A stretch of 64,000 nucleotides of DNA from Zootoca vivipara (Eukaryota). The stretch is taken from positions 81,840,001 to 81,904,000 of the forward strand of contig NC_083280.1 in the NCBI RefSeq assembly GCF_963506605.1, given 5' to 3'. Under the pieces are notes generated by a model, which saw nothing but the letters and a program-made list of their open reading frames with translations, did not search any database and was not told the DNA's origin. A program made the position numbers and the translations under genes. Positions 37,531-49,849 of this stretch are shown one piece after another (position 1 is the stretch's first letter; the number at the start of each line of letters is the position of its first letter).

Positions 37531-40500
37531 GCTCTACAACAGAGTTAGAAGAGGGTGATTTAGCAGGCTTCTGCCATGGCATCCAGATGCTTAAAAGGAG
37601 CCGGGCACTTCCCAAGGTGTTTCTGTCCACCCTAGCAAATATGGCTAGGGCTGCATTAGATCAAAAATCTGCACTGATAGCTCAGAATAACGTTGTGTTT
37701 TTTTTTTTTAAAAAAAAGCTGGATTCCATGACCTGCATGAATTATGTACATTTAATGTAAGTATTTGATTTCTCTCGTTTTACATAATTTATTCTGTTCT
37801 TGGTAGGCATACGGTGGGGGTCAAAGGGCTTTGTGAAATAGCAGAGCCTCAACTTATGACCTTTGGAAATCTTATTCAGCAACATCTCTTCCTTCTGAGA
37901 TGTCCATATACTTCCAAGCATTTCCTTGCAGTCCTAGGGTTGTAATCAATGCTCCACTAGTGGGGTTGTGCTGGCACAATGGGACTTCCATTTTCCCTCC
38001 TCCCCCAGCACTGAATCCACTTGCTCCATTGGATCCCCCAACCCTGGTGAGCTGATTTTGAGGGTTGCCCGATTTTGAGCGTGGACTCAGGGGGCTGCAG
38101 GGGAAAGGAAATGACTTGCACTGGTGGAGCTACAGCACTGGATACAGCCCATAGTCTAGTTTTTTTAAAAATAAAATAAATAACAACTCAGATTTTCAAG
38201 AAGCTGAATTTTGAGGGCCCCAATAGAGGCCCCATGGCAGAGGCGCAGGCCCTAACGCAGTTGCCGTCACAGTGCACACCCCCAGCTGACTGTCATGACA
38301 TGATGTCGCAACATGTTGCATGCACACCGGGCAGAGTAGCAAGGCAGAGTAAAGTAAGGTCTTTGAGCCTGCAGGCCCTGGAGAGCCAGGTTCAAACGCT
38401 AGGTCAGCCTACATAATCAGATGTTAAGATGACAACTCTGTGGGGAGTTCATCATGCTTCTAAAAATAAAAATAAAAATAAAAAATCAGGTATGGAAACC
38501 TGTGGCCCTCTAGATGTCCAGCAGTCAAGGATTAGGGGAATTTAAGTCCATCAAGATCTGGAGCGTCACAGGTTCCCCACCCCTATTTTAAATTATTTTA
38601 ATTGATTGTCTTTATTTTTTAGTACATTTATATATTGTCTTTTTTATCAAAAAGATCAATGTGTCTGGGAGTTCCAGGTGGTCTTCCATCTTGCTACTGA
38701 CCAGACCTGCTTGGTTTCAGCAAGGTGGCTGCACTGTGCCCCCTCGAACTTCCTCCGTGGGCTCAACCTTGGAGTCCTGTAAGCAAGCCCTATTTTTTCA
38801 TAGAAGTGATTTTGCATGCCCAAGAGAGACACTGCCCTATATTCATATGAAATGCACAGGAAATCAGAAGGGATGTATGCCCTACGTTTTATGGGAAGAG
38901 AAAAGCAACAACAAAACAGTCACACACCAAGTATTTATATAAGAATGATAGTTTCATTAATTACACAGAGACACATTTGCAGTGATTTTCCTTCAAATTC
39001 TCAGTCAAATGTGCAGATTTGCAGCACTTTGAACTGTGCTGCACCAGTAATTGAGGATGAATATTTTAAATCAGTCTTGAATCACCGTACTCCATATAGA
39101 CCAAATGAACTAATAAGTTGTTCATGTGTAGACTGCTAATGTACTTCCCCCTCCCCTTCCCTCACCCTGACAGATGGAGCGCAGTCTTGAAAATTAGATA
39201 CATTTGCTATTGGGAATTTTCAGAAGAGAGACTTAAAGGATAAAAAAAAGCCCTTCCTATTTATAAGAGAGCCAAAATGCCGCAACAGCCTGTGTGTGCT
39301 TAAAATAAAAGAAAATGTATACAAACTAAAGAAGATGCTTATCCAAACATTAAAAGATTGTTATGTGCACATCACAGGAAACAAGTCCCTATATTCAAAT
39401 GGTACATTCTAGAGGCCTTAGTAAGGGTGAATTTATTCCAAAATCTTTCCGCTGTCACAGCTAAGCAAGAGGACGTCATCACAGTATTTTCATCCGATAG
39501 GCACATGTCAAGAGATAGAACTGCACAACTGTTTGCATCATCAGACTATTATCTTGGTGGGGAATGGGAGTTTTTGCAGGGGAGTCAAACACTTGCCTGT
39601 ATATTATTTCATCCCTAATTAGACAAAAAAAGCTGGAAACTCCTACAGGAGGTCTGCCAAAGTCTCAGCTTGAGCATTTGCTAGAGGCAACCCAAGGTGT
39701 TTGCAGTCAGGTAGCTCAGGATTAGTAGGGTCTCTTTCTCTCTACTATAGGTCAGAATGAACTACAAAATGAGGACAAAAGTAGGCTTATAGATCATCAT
39801 AGTTTATATATGCTGCCCTTTCCAGCGGTAGTTGCAAGTAAGTCACATTCAGAGGTCTCACTGTAAATGTGATACCCTCTGATCTTTAGGCATAAAAAAG
39901 TAGAAGATAACTCAGAACACATTAACTTTCATGAATGAAATTTCCCTTTAAAAAAACAAAAAAGGGCCTTTGAGAAAGCTCTTCAGTGATACTGATCACA
40001 ATTTATCTATAGGGCTTTTATAAAATAAGATGCATAGTCAAATCAACTCTATTTTATTCTGGAGTCATTAAGCTAGAAGAAAAAAAATCTGTCAATTCAC
40101 GCTAGTGTGTGAGTGTGGGTGTAGGAGCTCTGGTTTGCACGCAACAACTCCAACTGCATTCAGAAGTCTACATAAGCAGGTCCTTTACTATTCCTGTAAA
40201 ACGTCACAGCAAATTCTACAATGCAAAACAATGATGTGTGCTGGACGTTTAAGAGAATGAGACATCTTCAGCTCCTATGGAACTCCAAGTGCATTTATTC
40301 AACATATCCACATTTTGCCATATCGACTATGAGGACTAAGAGGTGACTTGCATGTATTTCATAGTAACTAATCTCCCTTTGATGATTTTGAGCAATACTT
40401 TGGGGCATTGCCAGGCTCCATTACGAGGGCCTTAGAACTCATTGTCACTGCTCATACACCTCATCCTGCCTGTTCACATCTCTTCTCAAGGAAAGGGAGT

Positions 40501-40682
40501 GAACAGCAAGAGGAGGAGCTGCAACCTCAGCCTACCTTGCCCTCTCCCCCTGGGAGATGGTGAGGACTCGGCCCCAAAGGGAGAGGTAAGCAAATGGGCA
40601 GCTGCAAGAATAGTGATGAGGTCAGTACTCTGAGAAGCAGGGACCTGCAGACAGCATCTTGCTGAAGGGCAACACCAAACCC

Positions 40683-41137
40683 GCCGAGACCACATAACAC
40701 CGGTCTTGGCTCCCAGTACGTTTCCGGGCACAATTCAAAGTGTTGGTGCTGACCTTTAAAGCCCTAAATGGCCTCGGTCCAGTATACCTGAAGGAGCGTC
40801 TCCACCCCCATCGTTCTACCCAGACACTGAGGTCCAGTGCCGAGGGCCTTCTGCTGGTTCCCTCGCTATGAGAAGCCAAGTTACAGGGAACCAGGCAGAG
40901 GGCCTTCTCGGTAGTGGCACCCGCCCTGTGGAACATCCTCCCACCAGATGTCAAAGAGAAAAACAGCTACCAGATTTTTAGGAGACATCTGAAAGCAGCC
41001 CTGTTTAGGGAAGCTTTTAATGTTTAATAGATTATTGTATTTTATTTTTTTTGTTGGAAGCTGCCCAGAGTGGCTGGGGAAACCCAGCCAGATGGGCGGG
41101 GTATAAATAATAAATATTAATATTATTATTATTATTA
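40683..41137 (+). mobile_element. L2-clade LINE 3' end (ORF2 C-terminus, 3'UTR and (ATT)n tail)
   Basis: Translates WLPVRFRAQFKVLVLTFKALNGLGPVYLKERL..RAFSVVAPALWNILP..FRRHLKAALFREAF. Confidence 0.88.
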
Positions 41138-41691
41138 CCCTGGAAGCAGTCCAGCCACAAATGAACTTCAGAACCTGGCTGATTGAATATTTTGTTGTCA
41201 TCTAGGATACCACCTGGCCATTTATTTCACACTGTAGTCTCTAAACTAGGCACCATGGCACCCACAGACACCCACCAATGCCCTGTCCTTCAGAACTTTT
41301 GTGTTTTTTTAACAATAAAACCCTTAACAAGCCCTTTGGGGGGGCTTGGACACCTGCTTTTTTGTTTGAGAAGGGGTATGCACATTTTTCCGATTTGCGT
41401 GGGGAGTGCTGCCAGCTTTTATTCTGTGAAATGGCCATCTGTGGTCTCCGTAACAGTTTCCTAGATTTCCAAATGTGCCAAAAGGTGGAGGAGCCCCGAT
41501 GTGACATAGTGCAGCATTCAATCCCTAGTTTTAGTTTCTCTTTTGCATGCCACATCAATCCAATGATTTGATTTCATTAAACAAATAATCATGAAGCTCT
41601 TCTTAACTTGATAGCCAAATACTATGTATTACAGATAGCAAGCCTCTGTCTTTTGATTTGTCTATAAAGCCTGAACAATGAGCTCCACTTA

Positions 41692-42035
41692 CAGTGAGGG
41701 GGGAAAGTATTTGTACAGGTACTGTAACGGGCTGGGATTACAGGTAAGACCTCTCCCTTACAGCAGGTGCTTCTGATCTCAGCTCCTTACATACAGTGAA
41801 GATACCAGGTAGCCTGACATCTGGCTGGTTGATAGGGGGTCAAATACTTATTTCACTCATTATAATGCACATCAATCTCTGACTTTTGTCTTCTGGGTTT
41901 CTGGGGTTTTTCCTGTTGTTATTCTGTCTCTCACAGCTACAATAAACCTACCATTAAAATTATGGACTGGTCATTTCTTCGTCAGAGGGCAAACGGGAAA
42001 ATTTAGCAGGGGATCAAATATTTTTTCCCTCACTG
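41692..42035. mobile_element. Internally deleted Tc1 (IR/DR type) transposon
   Basis: TA TSD (41690-41691, 42036-42037). Ends CAGTGAGGG..AAAGTATTTG / CAAATATTTTTTCCCTCACTG. Inner direct repeat ggggtcaaatacttatttcactca about 200 bp inside the right end. Confidence 0.85.
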
Positions 42036-42796
42036 TAGTTGCTTTAACAAGAACATTATTCTTTAGTGCTGAGGAAAGATCAAGAACAGCAAGTAAAATA
42101 GTTGAGACACATTTTTTTTTTATCGTAGCTGAGCAGAAAAGTTACTCCATGTTTTAAGCCTTACTGCCTATTTTCCCCCAACACTGAATTAAACTAAGAC
42201 TGCTGTCTCCATTGCCTTAAATTATTAGCTAATTAGCCTTGACTAAGGGACAACATTGTGTTTATGCTGGCAAGCTGTGAAAAGAACACTTCAGCTGGGA
42301 AGATCAATGCCATTTTTTGTCCGACTTACAATAAGAAAGCTGCTGGCCTGGGTTATGAGTTTAAAACATCTTTCATTTGGCAGACAGGACGGTGGTATTG
42401 ACAGATCAATAGAGTAACTTTATGACAGGCTGCTGCTTCTGGAGATGGTTGAATCATATTAAAGAGGCATCATTCTTAAAACCAGGAAAAGTACATTTGG
42501 ACAAAAGCTACCTGACCTTTGAAAATACAAACACAGTCTTTATATAAAAACAAAGCCATCAAAAGCATGCAGCCGAGCCTCATCAAGAGAGACTCATCCT
42601 TCAGCGACAGAGAGTGGGAGGAGAAGCATTATCTGTGCCCTTTTATGAATAAACCAGGATTCCCCTAGTAGTATAAATACATATATTCCTTTTGCAGATG
42701 ACATCAAACTTAGGCACAGACAAAGGAAATCTGGGCCAATGAATTGGGGGGGGGGGTATCTCTGAGCAAAGTTGTCATGCGATCACCTGCAACAGC

Positions 42797-43363
42797 CAGA
42801 CCCTCCAAGTGTCCCTATTTCCCTGATTTAGAGAAGCCATGCCGGTTTCTGATTTGATCCCGAATGCCCTACTTTTCCTGAGGATGTCCCTATTTTCATT
42901 GGAGAAATGTCGGGGGGTATGGAGTTATCCGACCCTCGAGCTGTCTGAAGGCAATCCTGTATAGGGAAGTTTTTAAAAGTTTAATTATGTTTTTATATAT
43001 GTTGGAAGCTGCCTAGAGTGGCTGGGGCAACCCACTAAGATGTGTGGGGTATAAATACAGTGGTACTTCAGGTTACAAACGCTTCGGGTTAGAAACGCTT
43101 TAGGTTACAAACTCCGCTAACCCAGAAATAGTACCTCGGATTAAGAACTTTACTTCAGGATGAGAACAGAAATCGTGCCACCGCGGCATGGTAGCAGCGG
43201 GAGGCCCCATTAGCTAAAGTGGTACCTCAGGTTAAGAACAGTTTCAGGTTAAGAACGGACCTCCAGAATGAATTAAGTTCTTAACCAGAGGTACCACTGT
43301 AGTAAAATTATCATTATGGAACCGGACATACCTCTTTTCATTGGAGAAATGTTGGAGGGTATG
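42797..43363 (+). mobile_element. Composite hAT-type MITE carrying an L2 3' end (copy 2), interrupted by a Tigger-like MITE
   Basis: Same TIRs and architecture as 2712-3062. TSD CAACAGC at 42790-42796 and 43364-43370. Confidence 0.85.
43058..43299. mobile_element. Tigger/mariner-type MITE, nested
   Basis: TA TSD. TIRs CAGTGGTACTTCAGGTTA / TAACCAGAGGTACCACTG. Confidence 0.88.
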
Positions 43364-43619
43364 CAACAGCTAGCTTCGAAGATCCAGTTTTGTCTTTTGC
43401 AGGACTGAGAATTTGGGCCCTGGGAGATCTAGGGGTCCTGGAGGCCAAGGATAGCACTGCCACAGGGTGGGATAAAGCTTTGCAAGAGACTGAAAAGCAG
43501 TTTAAAGGCAAGTTCTTGACATTTCACAAAATGTCAACAAATGCACAGTGTAGCAATGATATCATACATGCATGTGTATTGCATTCAGGGTCCTAGACTG
43601 GTCTCATGTATCCAAGGTC

Positions 43620-43901
43620 CAGCGCCGTCTTAAGCGCCCCCGGAGCCATGGTGCGCCGGATCACTCCGGCGCCCTCCCGCCCCGTTCCGGCGCCCTCCCG
43701 CCCCGTTTCCCAGCATGGTGGGCGGGTGGGCGCCGCGCGCAGCGCTGGGGCAACAGGCGCTGCTGCGTGGCAGGCGGACGGGCAGGCGCAGCTGCGCGGC
43801 GGACCGGTCAGCCAGCGGGTGGGCGCAGCTCGCGGCGCCCTCCTGGCGGGCCGGCGCCATGGTGCCCTGCACCACCGGGGGTCTACGATGAGCCGGCCCT
43901 G
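43620..43901. mobile_element. Young GC/CpG-rich hAT-type MITE with perfect 8-bp TSD
   Basis: TSD CCAAGGTC at 43612-43619 and 43902-43909. Imperfect TIRs CAGCGCCGTCTT / GAGCCGGCCCTG. Confidence 0.88.
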
Positions 43902-45094
43902 CCAAGGTCTACCTGAAAAACAGCTGCTTCGGTATAGCACCTATTATACATGCATGCAACTGCAGCCACCAGTTCTAATCCTCTTGGTGGTGGTGATTTT
44001 TTTTAAAAAAAAAAAACACACCCAACTCCCTCCCTTTTGTCTACCTTCTATTGGGATGAGTAAACACTACCAGCCAAACTTTCAGGTTGTGCTTCATTGT
44101 AATTATACTTGCTGATGAATTTTTTCTCAATTTGCAAAGGGTGGCTATGCTAAAAATTGAGGCTCCACCTTCATAAACACTTGTCACATGAGGCTACAAA
44201 GAGGTCAATTTCAAATAAAAATGCTTTTAATAACTAAATCTACTTTGGTGAAATTAAAGATTTGAACCTGTGTTCACCATTTTTTCCACTTCTTCATCCT
44301 ACATTTTTCATTGTACTGCATAGAGATGAACTTTTAATTTCCCAACTGCCTTTTGACATGCAGACTTCCAAGGATTCCAGCCACCCGCAATTGGTTTCCA
44401 CCCAGTGATTCTGTTCATCTGCCACAAAATCTCTGACACAGCATGGAAACCCTCTAGAGCCAAGCCCAAGAGACGATTTCACAAGACGTGAAGTATGCAT
44501 GCAGATAATGCCTCTAGTGTCTGACCGTGTTAGGAATTTTCAACAGGCTGTTTAGTCCTAGGAGCAAATATCCTGGGATAGGTTTGGTAAAATGTAGATT
44601 TCCACCTTAAACATTAAGGGCTGCTTTCTTTCCACAGAAAGTGAAACTGCTGGCACCAAATGTTCATAGTAAGTGATGAGGGTGCCCCCCACCCCCCGCT
44701 TTTAAAAAGACTCCTTCAGTGTGGCTTATTTTGCAGTAGTACTAATAGTAGTAGTACTAACAGACAATTCTTTTGCTGCATTCAGGTCAGCGATGGGGAA
44801 CCTACAGCCTTCCAGAGGCTGTTAGACTCAAACTTTCATCAGCAACAGCCAGCATGGCCACTGGTGAAAGATGATGTGAGTCCAACACAGATTCCCCATG
44901 CTTGTTTATAACATTAACTATGTTTTAATATATAATATTGATAAATGTTACAACAGCCCTGTAAAATAGTATTGTCATTCACAAATTGCAGGTGAACAAC
45001 TGAGGCATAGATAGCATTTTACCTAAGGCTACATGACTACTTCATGACATAGGAAAGATGTGAAACAACTTAGTGGTTCTCAAATCTCTGTGTC

Positions 45095-45441
45095 CCAGTT
45101 TGCATGTAATGCAAAGCCAAACCATGACTTGCTGCAAATCAGTAAGATAATCACTTTTCACTCCTCCCCTAGTCCCGCTGCTGTCACCCTATCAAGTGCT
45201 GCACCATCGTTTGGCTTAGCTTAGCATTTGAACAAGGATTTGTGGTTTGTCTTCCTCCTGACAAGCTGTAACCAAGGTTTGCTTTTGGTTTACCACTTGC
45301 GGATTAATCCAAAACTATGGAAGTACAGCAGCAGCAAGACTGGGGGAAGGAGTGAAGCAGCTGCAATATTGCCTCATTCCCTCCCTAACCCGCAACCCTC
45401 AGCTAAACCATGGTTTGGGTTTACTGTTACATGTGAACTGG
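45095..45441. mobile_element. Old palindromic MITE
   Basis: Outer arms ccagtttgcatgtaa..ccaaaccatg vs catggtttgg..ttacatgtgaactgg. Inner arms ctcctcccctagtcc..gctgctg vs cagcagcaagactgggggaaggag. Confidence 0.55.
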
Positions 45442-45829
45442 CTCAGTCTCTTAATAATTACAGTACATTACCACAGGGATGTAAAGTAGATTGGAATCTA
45501 CTGATAGATCTCAGAGTAATTTGCAGTAGATCAGAAAGTATTCTGATTCTCAGTTTAACTGCAGTAACAGTTAACTGCAGTTTTTCCTTTTTAAGCAAGG
45601 CTTCTGAAATGAAGGGGGTGAGTTGAACATGGGCCCCACTGAGTCAGTGGGGCATATTATTCATGATTTAAGTTAATTCTTATTGATTTCAATGGAAACA
45701 AAGTTCAAATAAATTAGACTGAATCCAACCCTCCCTCCCTCCCTCCATTTATGGTTTCCTAAAAACAAAAGTTCTGTAGGCAGTTTGTAATGGCCTGGAT
45801 TCAAAGTTCTCTGACCACCAGTCCAAACC

Positions 45830-46095
45830 CTGAAGAACCCCACAGTGAAGCTTCCACACAGCTGAAGACTATCCCCCAAGCATTGCACTCTGGAAACGAC
45901 CATCCAAGTATGACTGGAACCACTGCAGAGCTGCTCCAGAAGTATATCATGGTCAATGGTATCGAAAGCCGCTGAGAGGTTGAAGAGAATCAACAGGGCC
46001 TCATTTGCCCTCTCTCCCAATAGAGGTTATGATACAGGGTGACAAAAGCAGTTTCTGTGCCAAAACCATGCCTGAACCCCAATTGAAATGGAACT
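45830..46095 (-). mobile_element. L2 reverse-transcriptase fragment (degraded)
   Basis: Minus strand encodes PFQLGFRHGFGTETAFV and LILFNLSAAFDTIDHDILL, which are LINE RT motifs. Confidence 0.8.
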
Positions 46096-46289
46096 TGAAA
46101 ATCAATTTCCTGATTTCCATCACTCACTCTGATGGATAATAGACCTCTCAATGGTTGCTAAATGAAATTTTCCAGTCAAAAGGCAGAATACCTGTTTCTG
46201 GGGGCTATTGACAAGGGAAGGACATTTCCTTCCTGCCCTGCTTTTGAGCTTCCTGAAAGCACCTGGCTGTTATTGCTGGGTGCTGGACT

Positions 46290-46426
46290 AAAATTGCAGA
46301 GTTGGAAGAGACCAAGAGGGTCATCTAGTCCAACCCCCTGCAATGCAGGAATACTTTTGCCCAATGTGGGATCAAAACCACAACCCTGAGATTAAGAGTC
46401 TCATGCTCAACCGACTGAGCTATCTC
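46290..46426 (-). mobile_element. tRNA-Lys-derived SINE with CR1 3' tail (lacertid P.s.1/POM- or Squam2-type)
   Basis: Minus strand gatagctcagtcggttgagcatgagactcttaatctcagggttgtgg..cccacattgggc (tRNA-Lys CTT-like) fused to gcagggggttggactagatgaccc..cttccaactc. Confidence 0.85.
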
Positions 46427-49400
46427 AGCTAATAGGCCTTTGGTCCAGCCTGGTTCTCTCTCATGCTCTTAAGCATCTAGGTGCCCAGTGTTCTTTCACG
46501 TCACAGAGCTGTTGTTCTTAGTAAGATAATCCACAAACCCTGTGAAAAATATCTGAGAGCCACTAGCCCAGGCAGGAAGCACCTATTCAGGTTTGTGACA
46601 AATGCCAGCATATCATTGCTGATAGTAATTCCCATGAGAGTTTGTTAAGGAAAAATCTACCCTTACCCCCTGGGATACTGACTCTTGATAGGAACATAAA
46701 AGTGTCTGTAAAATTGATTCCCTTGTTATGCTATCATGTCAATGAAACATTTAAAAAATGAGAATCAGATTTAAGATTTTTATGAAGATCTCTCCCCCCC
46801 TCCAATTTGCACAGCTACAGAAATATTATTATTTAATATTATAAAACAAATTAAATGCACGAATCAAATGGCAGGCTAAACAGTTTAATCCTAGCAAGAT
46901 AGATAAAGGTCATAAATCACATCTTTCAGATGGATGAGATTGTGGGCATATCCTTTATTAAGTGGAGATAAATGTTCTCTTTCTCATTCCCTAATAGGTT
47001 ATTCTTACGTAACTACAGGAAACGTTTCCAGGTCAATCTGGGGAGGATTTGGAAACACAATGCTAATCCTGGTACTGAAAACTTAAAACGATGAAAGCAC
47101 ATTTCCTAAGTGTTGCACAACCGTTTAGCCACAAGCTGAAAAACTCTTGTTAAAATAGGACAGTGCCCAGATCAAAATCATGTACTGCCCAGCATCCTTT
47201 GCACGTGACCCCAGCAATACATTCTGCTGCGTACAATGTCACAGTAAACCCTAACAATCAGAAGAAAAGAAACAAACAAACCCAAACTAAACAAGAAAAT
47301 GCAATGCACTAAGCACAGATGTTGCTGAGCTTCAGGGCACCCTGCAAGAGGGAGGAGGGGGTGGCACTCAGCTGTATCCCTCTCCCCCACTGTTCTAGGA
47401 AGCAACTTCCTCCACTGCTTCTGAGCTCTACCTCTTTCTCTAACCTTCTCTAGCCATTGATGCTTCAGGCCAGACAGTTCCCATGGCAGCCAGTCAACAG
47501 AGCTGTGTGTACTCCTCACTTAAAATAATAATAATAGCAACAACCAAAAAACCACCCGTAAAATTCTGCATCTAGACTGGCCAAATCACATGACGAGAGG
47601 CTAGATCTGTGACCCGTTTAACTGATGCAAATCTGCACAGTTTCTTTTGTTTTGCATAATTTATTCTACAATACAAAATATATTTTGATTTTGCTAGTTA
47701 CGGGGAGGAGCAAGCATCTCCTCCCCAAACACTGGAAGCCTTATTTGGTAATCCTCTGAAATGCTTCTGAAATGCATGCAAGCGTTGTCCACACATCCTT
47801 TGATGCAAAGTTTTGCAGCCATAAGGGCTAGCTTCTAAAAGACTGTCAGTGTGGATTGCCACATTAATTGATTTTAACTTTCAATTTGAAACCTTATACT
47901 GGGATTTTTTTGTTTGTTTGAATTATTTTAATGGATATTATTTGTATAAGGACAAGTTTAACCATTTTTATCCAATTTGAAATTTGATTTATTTGACCAG
48001 AATTTACATCATTTATAAAACTATTTTAATTTCATGATGTTACAAGCTTACTGTTGCACAATATAATTATTCTTCTTCTGCTGCTGCTACTACTATTATG
48101 TTTACAACAACTTAATCAGGAGGACAATAAGTCTGGTTTTAAAAACATGAACAGTGACAGCTCAGGAAACCAGATTCTCCACCAGAACCACAGTCTGCAA
48201 GTTTTTTACACTAAGGTTACCAGACATCCCCGTTTCCGTTTCTAAAATCTTGAGACGTGAGAGGGCCCTGCAGTTATCCAACAAAATGACCAAGCAAGGA
48301 CTGCATTAAGCATTGGCAATAGCAGGAAGGAATGGAGATTAGCAAGATGTTGGCTGCTCAGCATAACCGGCAGAGCTGGTATGCGGCAAAAAAAATAATC
48401 CATTGCCCAAGCTAATATATGTATTAGGCTAGACAAGAATAGATCACAAGTCTTCAAGATACATTCAGCAAGTGGAGGGGAACCTGGAAGAAAGAGAAGG
48501 TTGACCATTGGCATGCCTCTTATGTCCAATCAGTGGCATTTTCCGGCAACTGTGAAAATACACTGTTATGTCCAGTTTTAAGTCCCATTTTCCTTCAAGC
48601 AAAGTACTAAAATAACTATTATTAATACCATTTACCAACAATTAACTTCACAAGAAAACATTTTGCTCTATCTTGATTAAATTGTTAATAGACCTTTAAC
48701 TGAAAAACCAGTAAATCCCTCTTATCATATATCCATTAATGTCTGCAAGCATTCCAACTTTGCTCCCAAAGCATATACTAAACACAGATAAGGGAACTGT
48801 GACTATCTCACAGCATTTGTTTTCAGTTTGAGTCTGTTAGGCATGCCCCCATTCCAATTATTTAATTTCTCCTGTAATAATCTTTCAATGATTTCTGTAC
48901 ATACACACTTCTAACTTCTAACACCTGGAATTGTGGGGTATTATTATTATTAGGGAGTAGTTTGGAAAAAAGCAGAAAAAGCAACTGCTGTTCATTATAG
49001 GTTGGCAAATTTGCTCAGCACTGTATATATATATAAAAAATTATGTACGGTAAGTAGAATAATGTTCTGGGGAACTCCAGTTACCTGGACACATGCTGTA
49101 TTGTTTTTACCTTCAGAACTTATGAAATATCAAGCACTGAAAACCTTTAATAGATAAGGCAATACCTCCCAATCAAATCATTGTTATTATTGTTTGATTT
49201 AGCACTAATGGCACACCTGGCATAGGGGAATCTGATTAAATATGATTAGGAATCTCTGCTTTTTGACAGAATTAACTGATTAATTGCACTGCTCTCAGCA
49301 CCAATTAATATTAAATGCTATCAATGTATTTTTATGCAGTATAAAAAGAGAGTCTTTTGGTGGAAGAAGATTATGTGAACAAAAGGCAATGTGATTACAT

Positions 49401-49444
49401 TTACTCGCATTCATCTCAATATGGTCCTCTCCATCTACTACTTA

Positions 49445-49781
49445 CAGTGGAACCTCGGTTTATGAACACCTCGGTTTATGAATTTTCGGTTTATGAACGC
49501 CGCGGACCCATCTGGAACGGATTAATTCATTTTCCATTACTTTCAATGGGAAAGTTTGCTTCAGTTTATGAACGCTTCAGTTTATGAACAGACTTCCGGA
49601 ACCAATTACACTCATGCTTCAGTTTATGAACGCTTCAGTTTAAGTACTCCGCGGACCCGTCTGGAACGGATTAATCCACTTTCCATTACTTTCAATGGGA
49701 AAGTTTGCTTCAGTTTATGAACGCTTCAGTTTATGAACAGACTTCCGGAACCAATTGTGTTCATAAACCGAGGTACCACTG
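49445..49781. mobile_element. Tigger/mariner-type MITE with internal tandem duplication
   Basis: TA TSD. 23-bp TIRs CAGTGGAACCTCGGTTTATGAAC / GTTCATAAACCGAGGTACCACTG. An internal segment is repeated with a period of about 149 bp. Confidence 0.92.
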
Positions 49782-49787
49782 TAGTTA

Positions 49788-49788
<1 letters not shown>

Positions 49789-49849
<61 letters not shown>
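49789..49849. repeat. Compound (CT)n(CA)n microsatellite
   Basis: Direct inspection. Confidence 0.95.

Noticed and set aside
43572-44115. Overlapping GC-rich ORFs suggesting a CpG-island first exon
   Set aside because: The GC patch is bounded exactly by TIRs and a perfect 8-bp TSD; the open frames reflect stop-codon scarcity.
49445-49781. CRISPR-like regularly spaced repeats
   Set aside because: Eukaryotic context, no unique spacers, no cas genes, and bounded by TIRs and TA.
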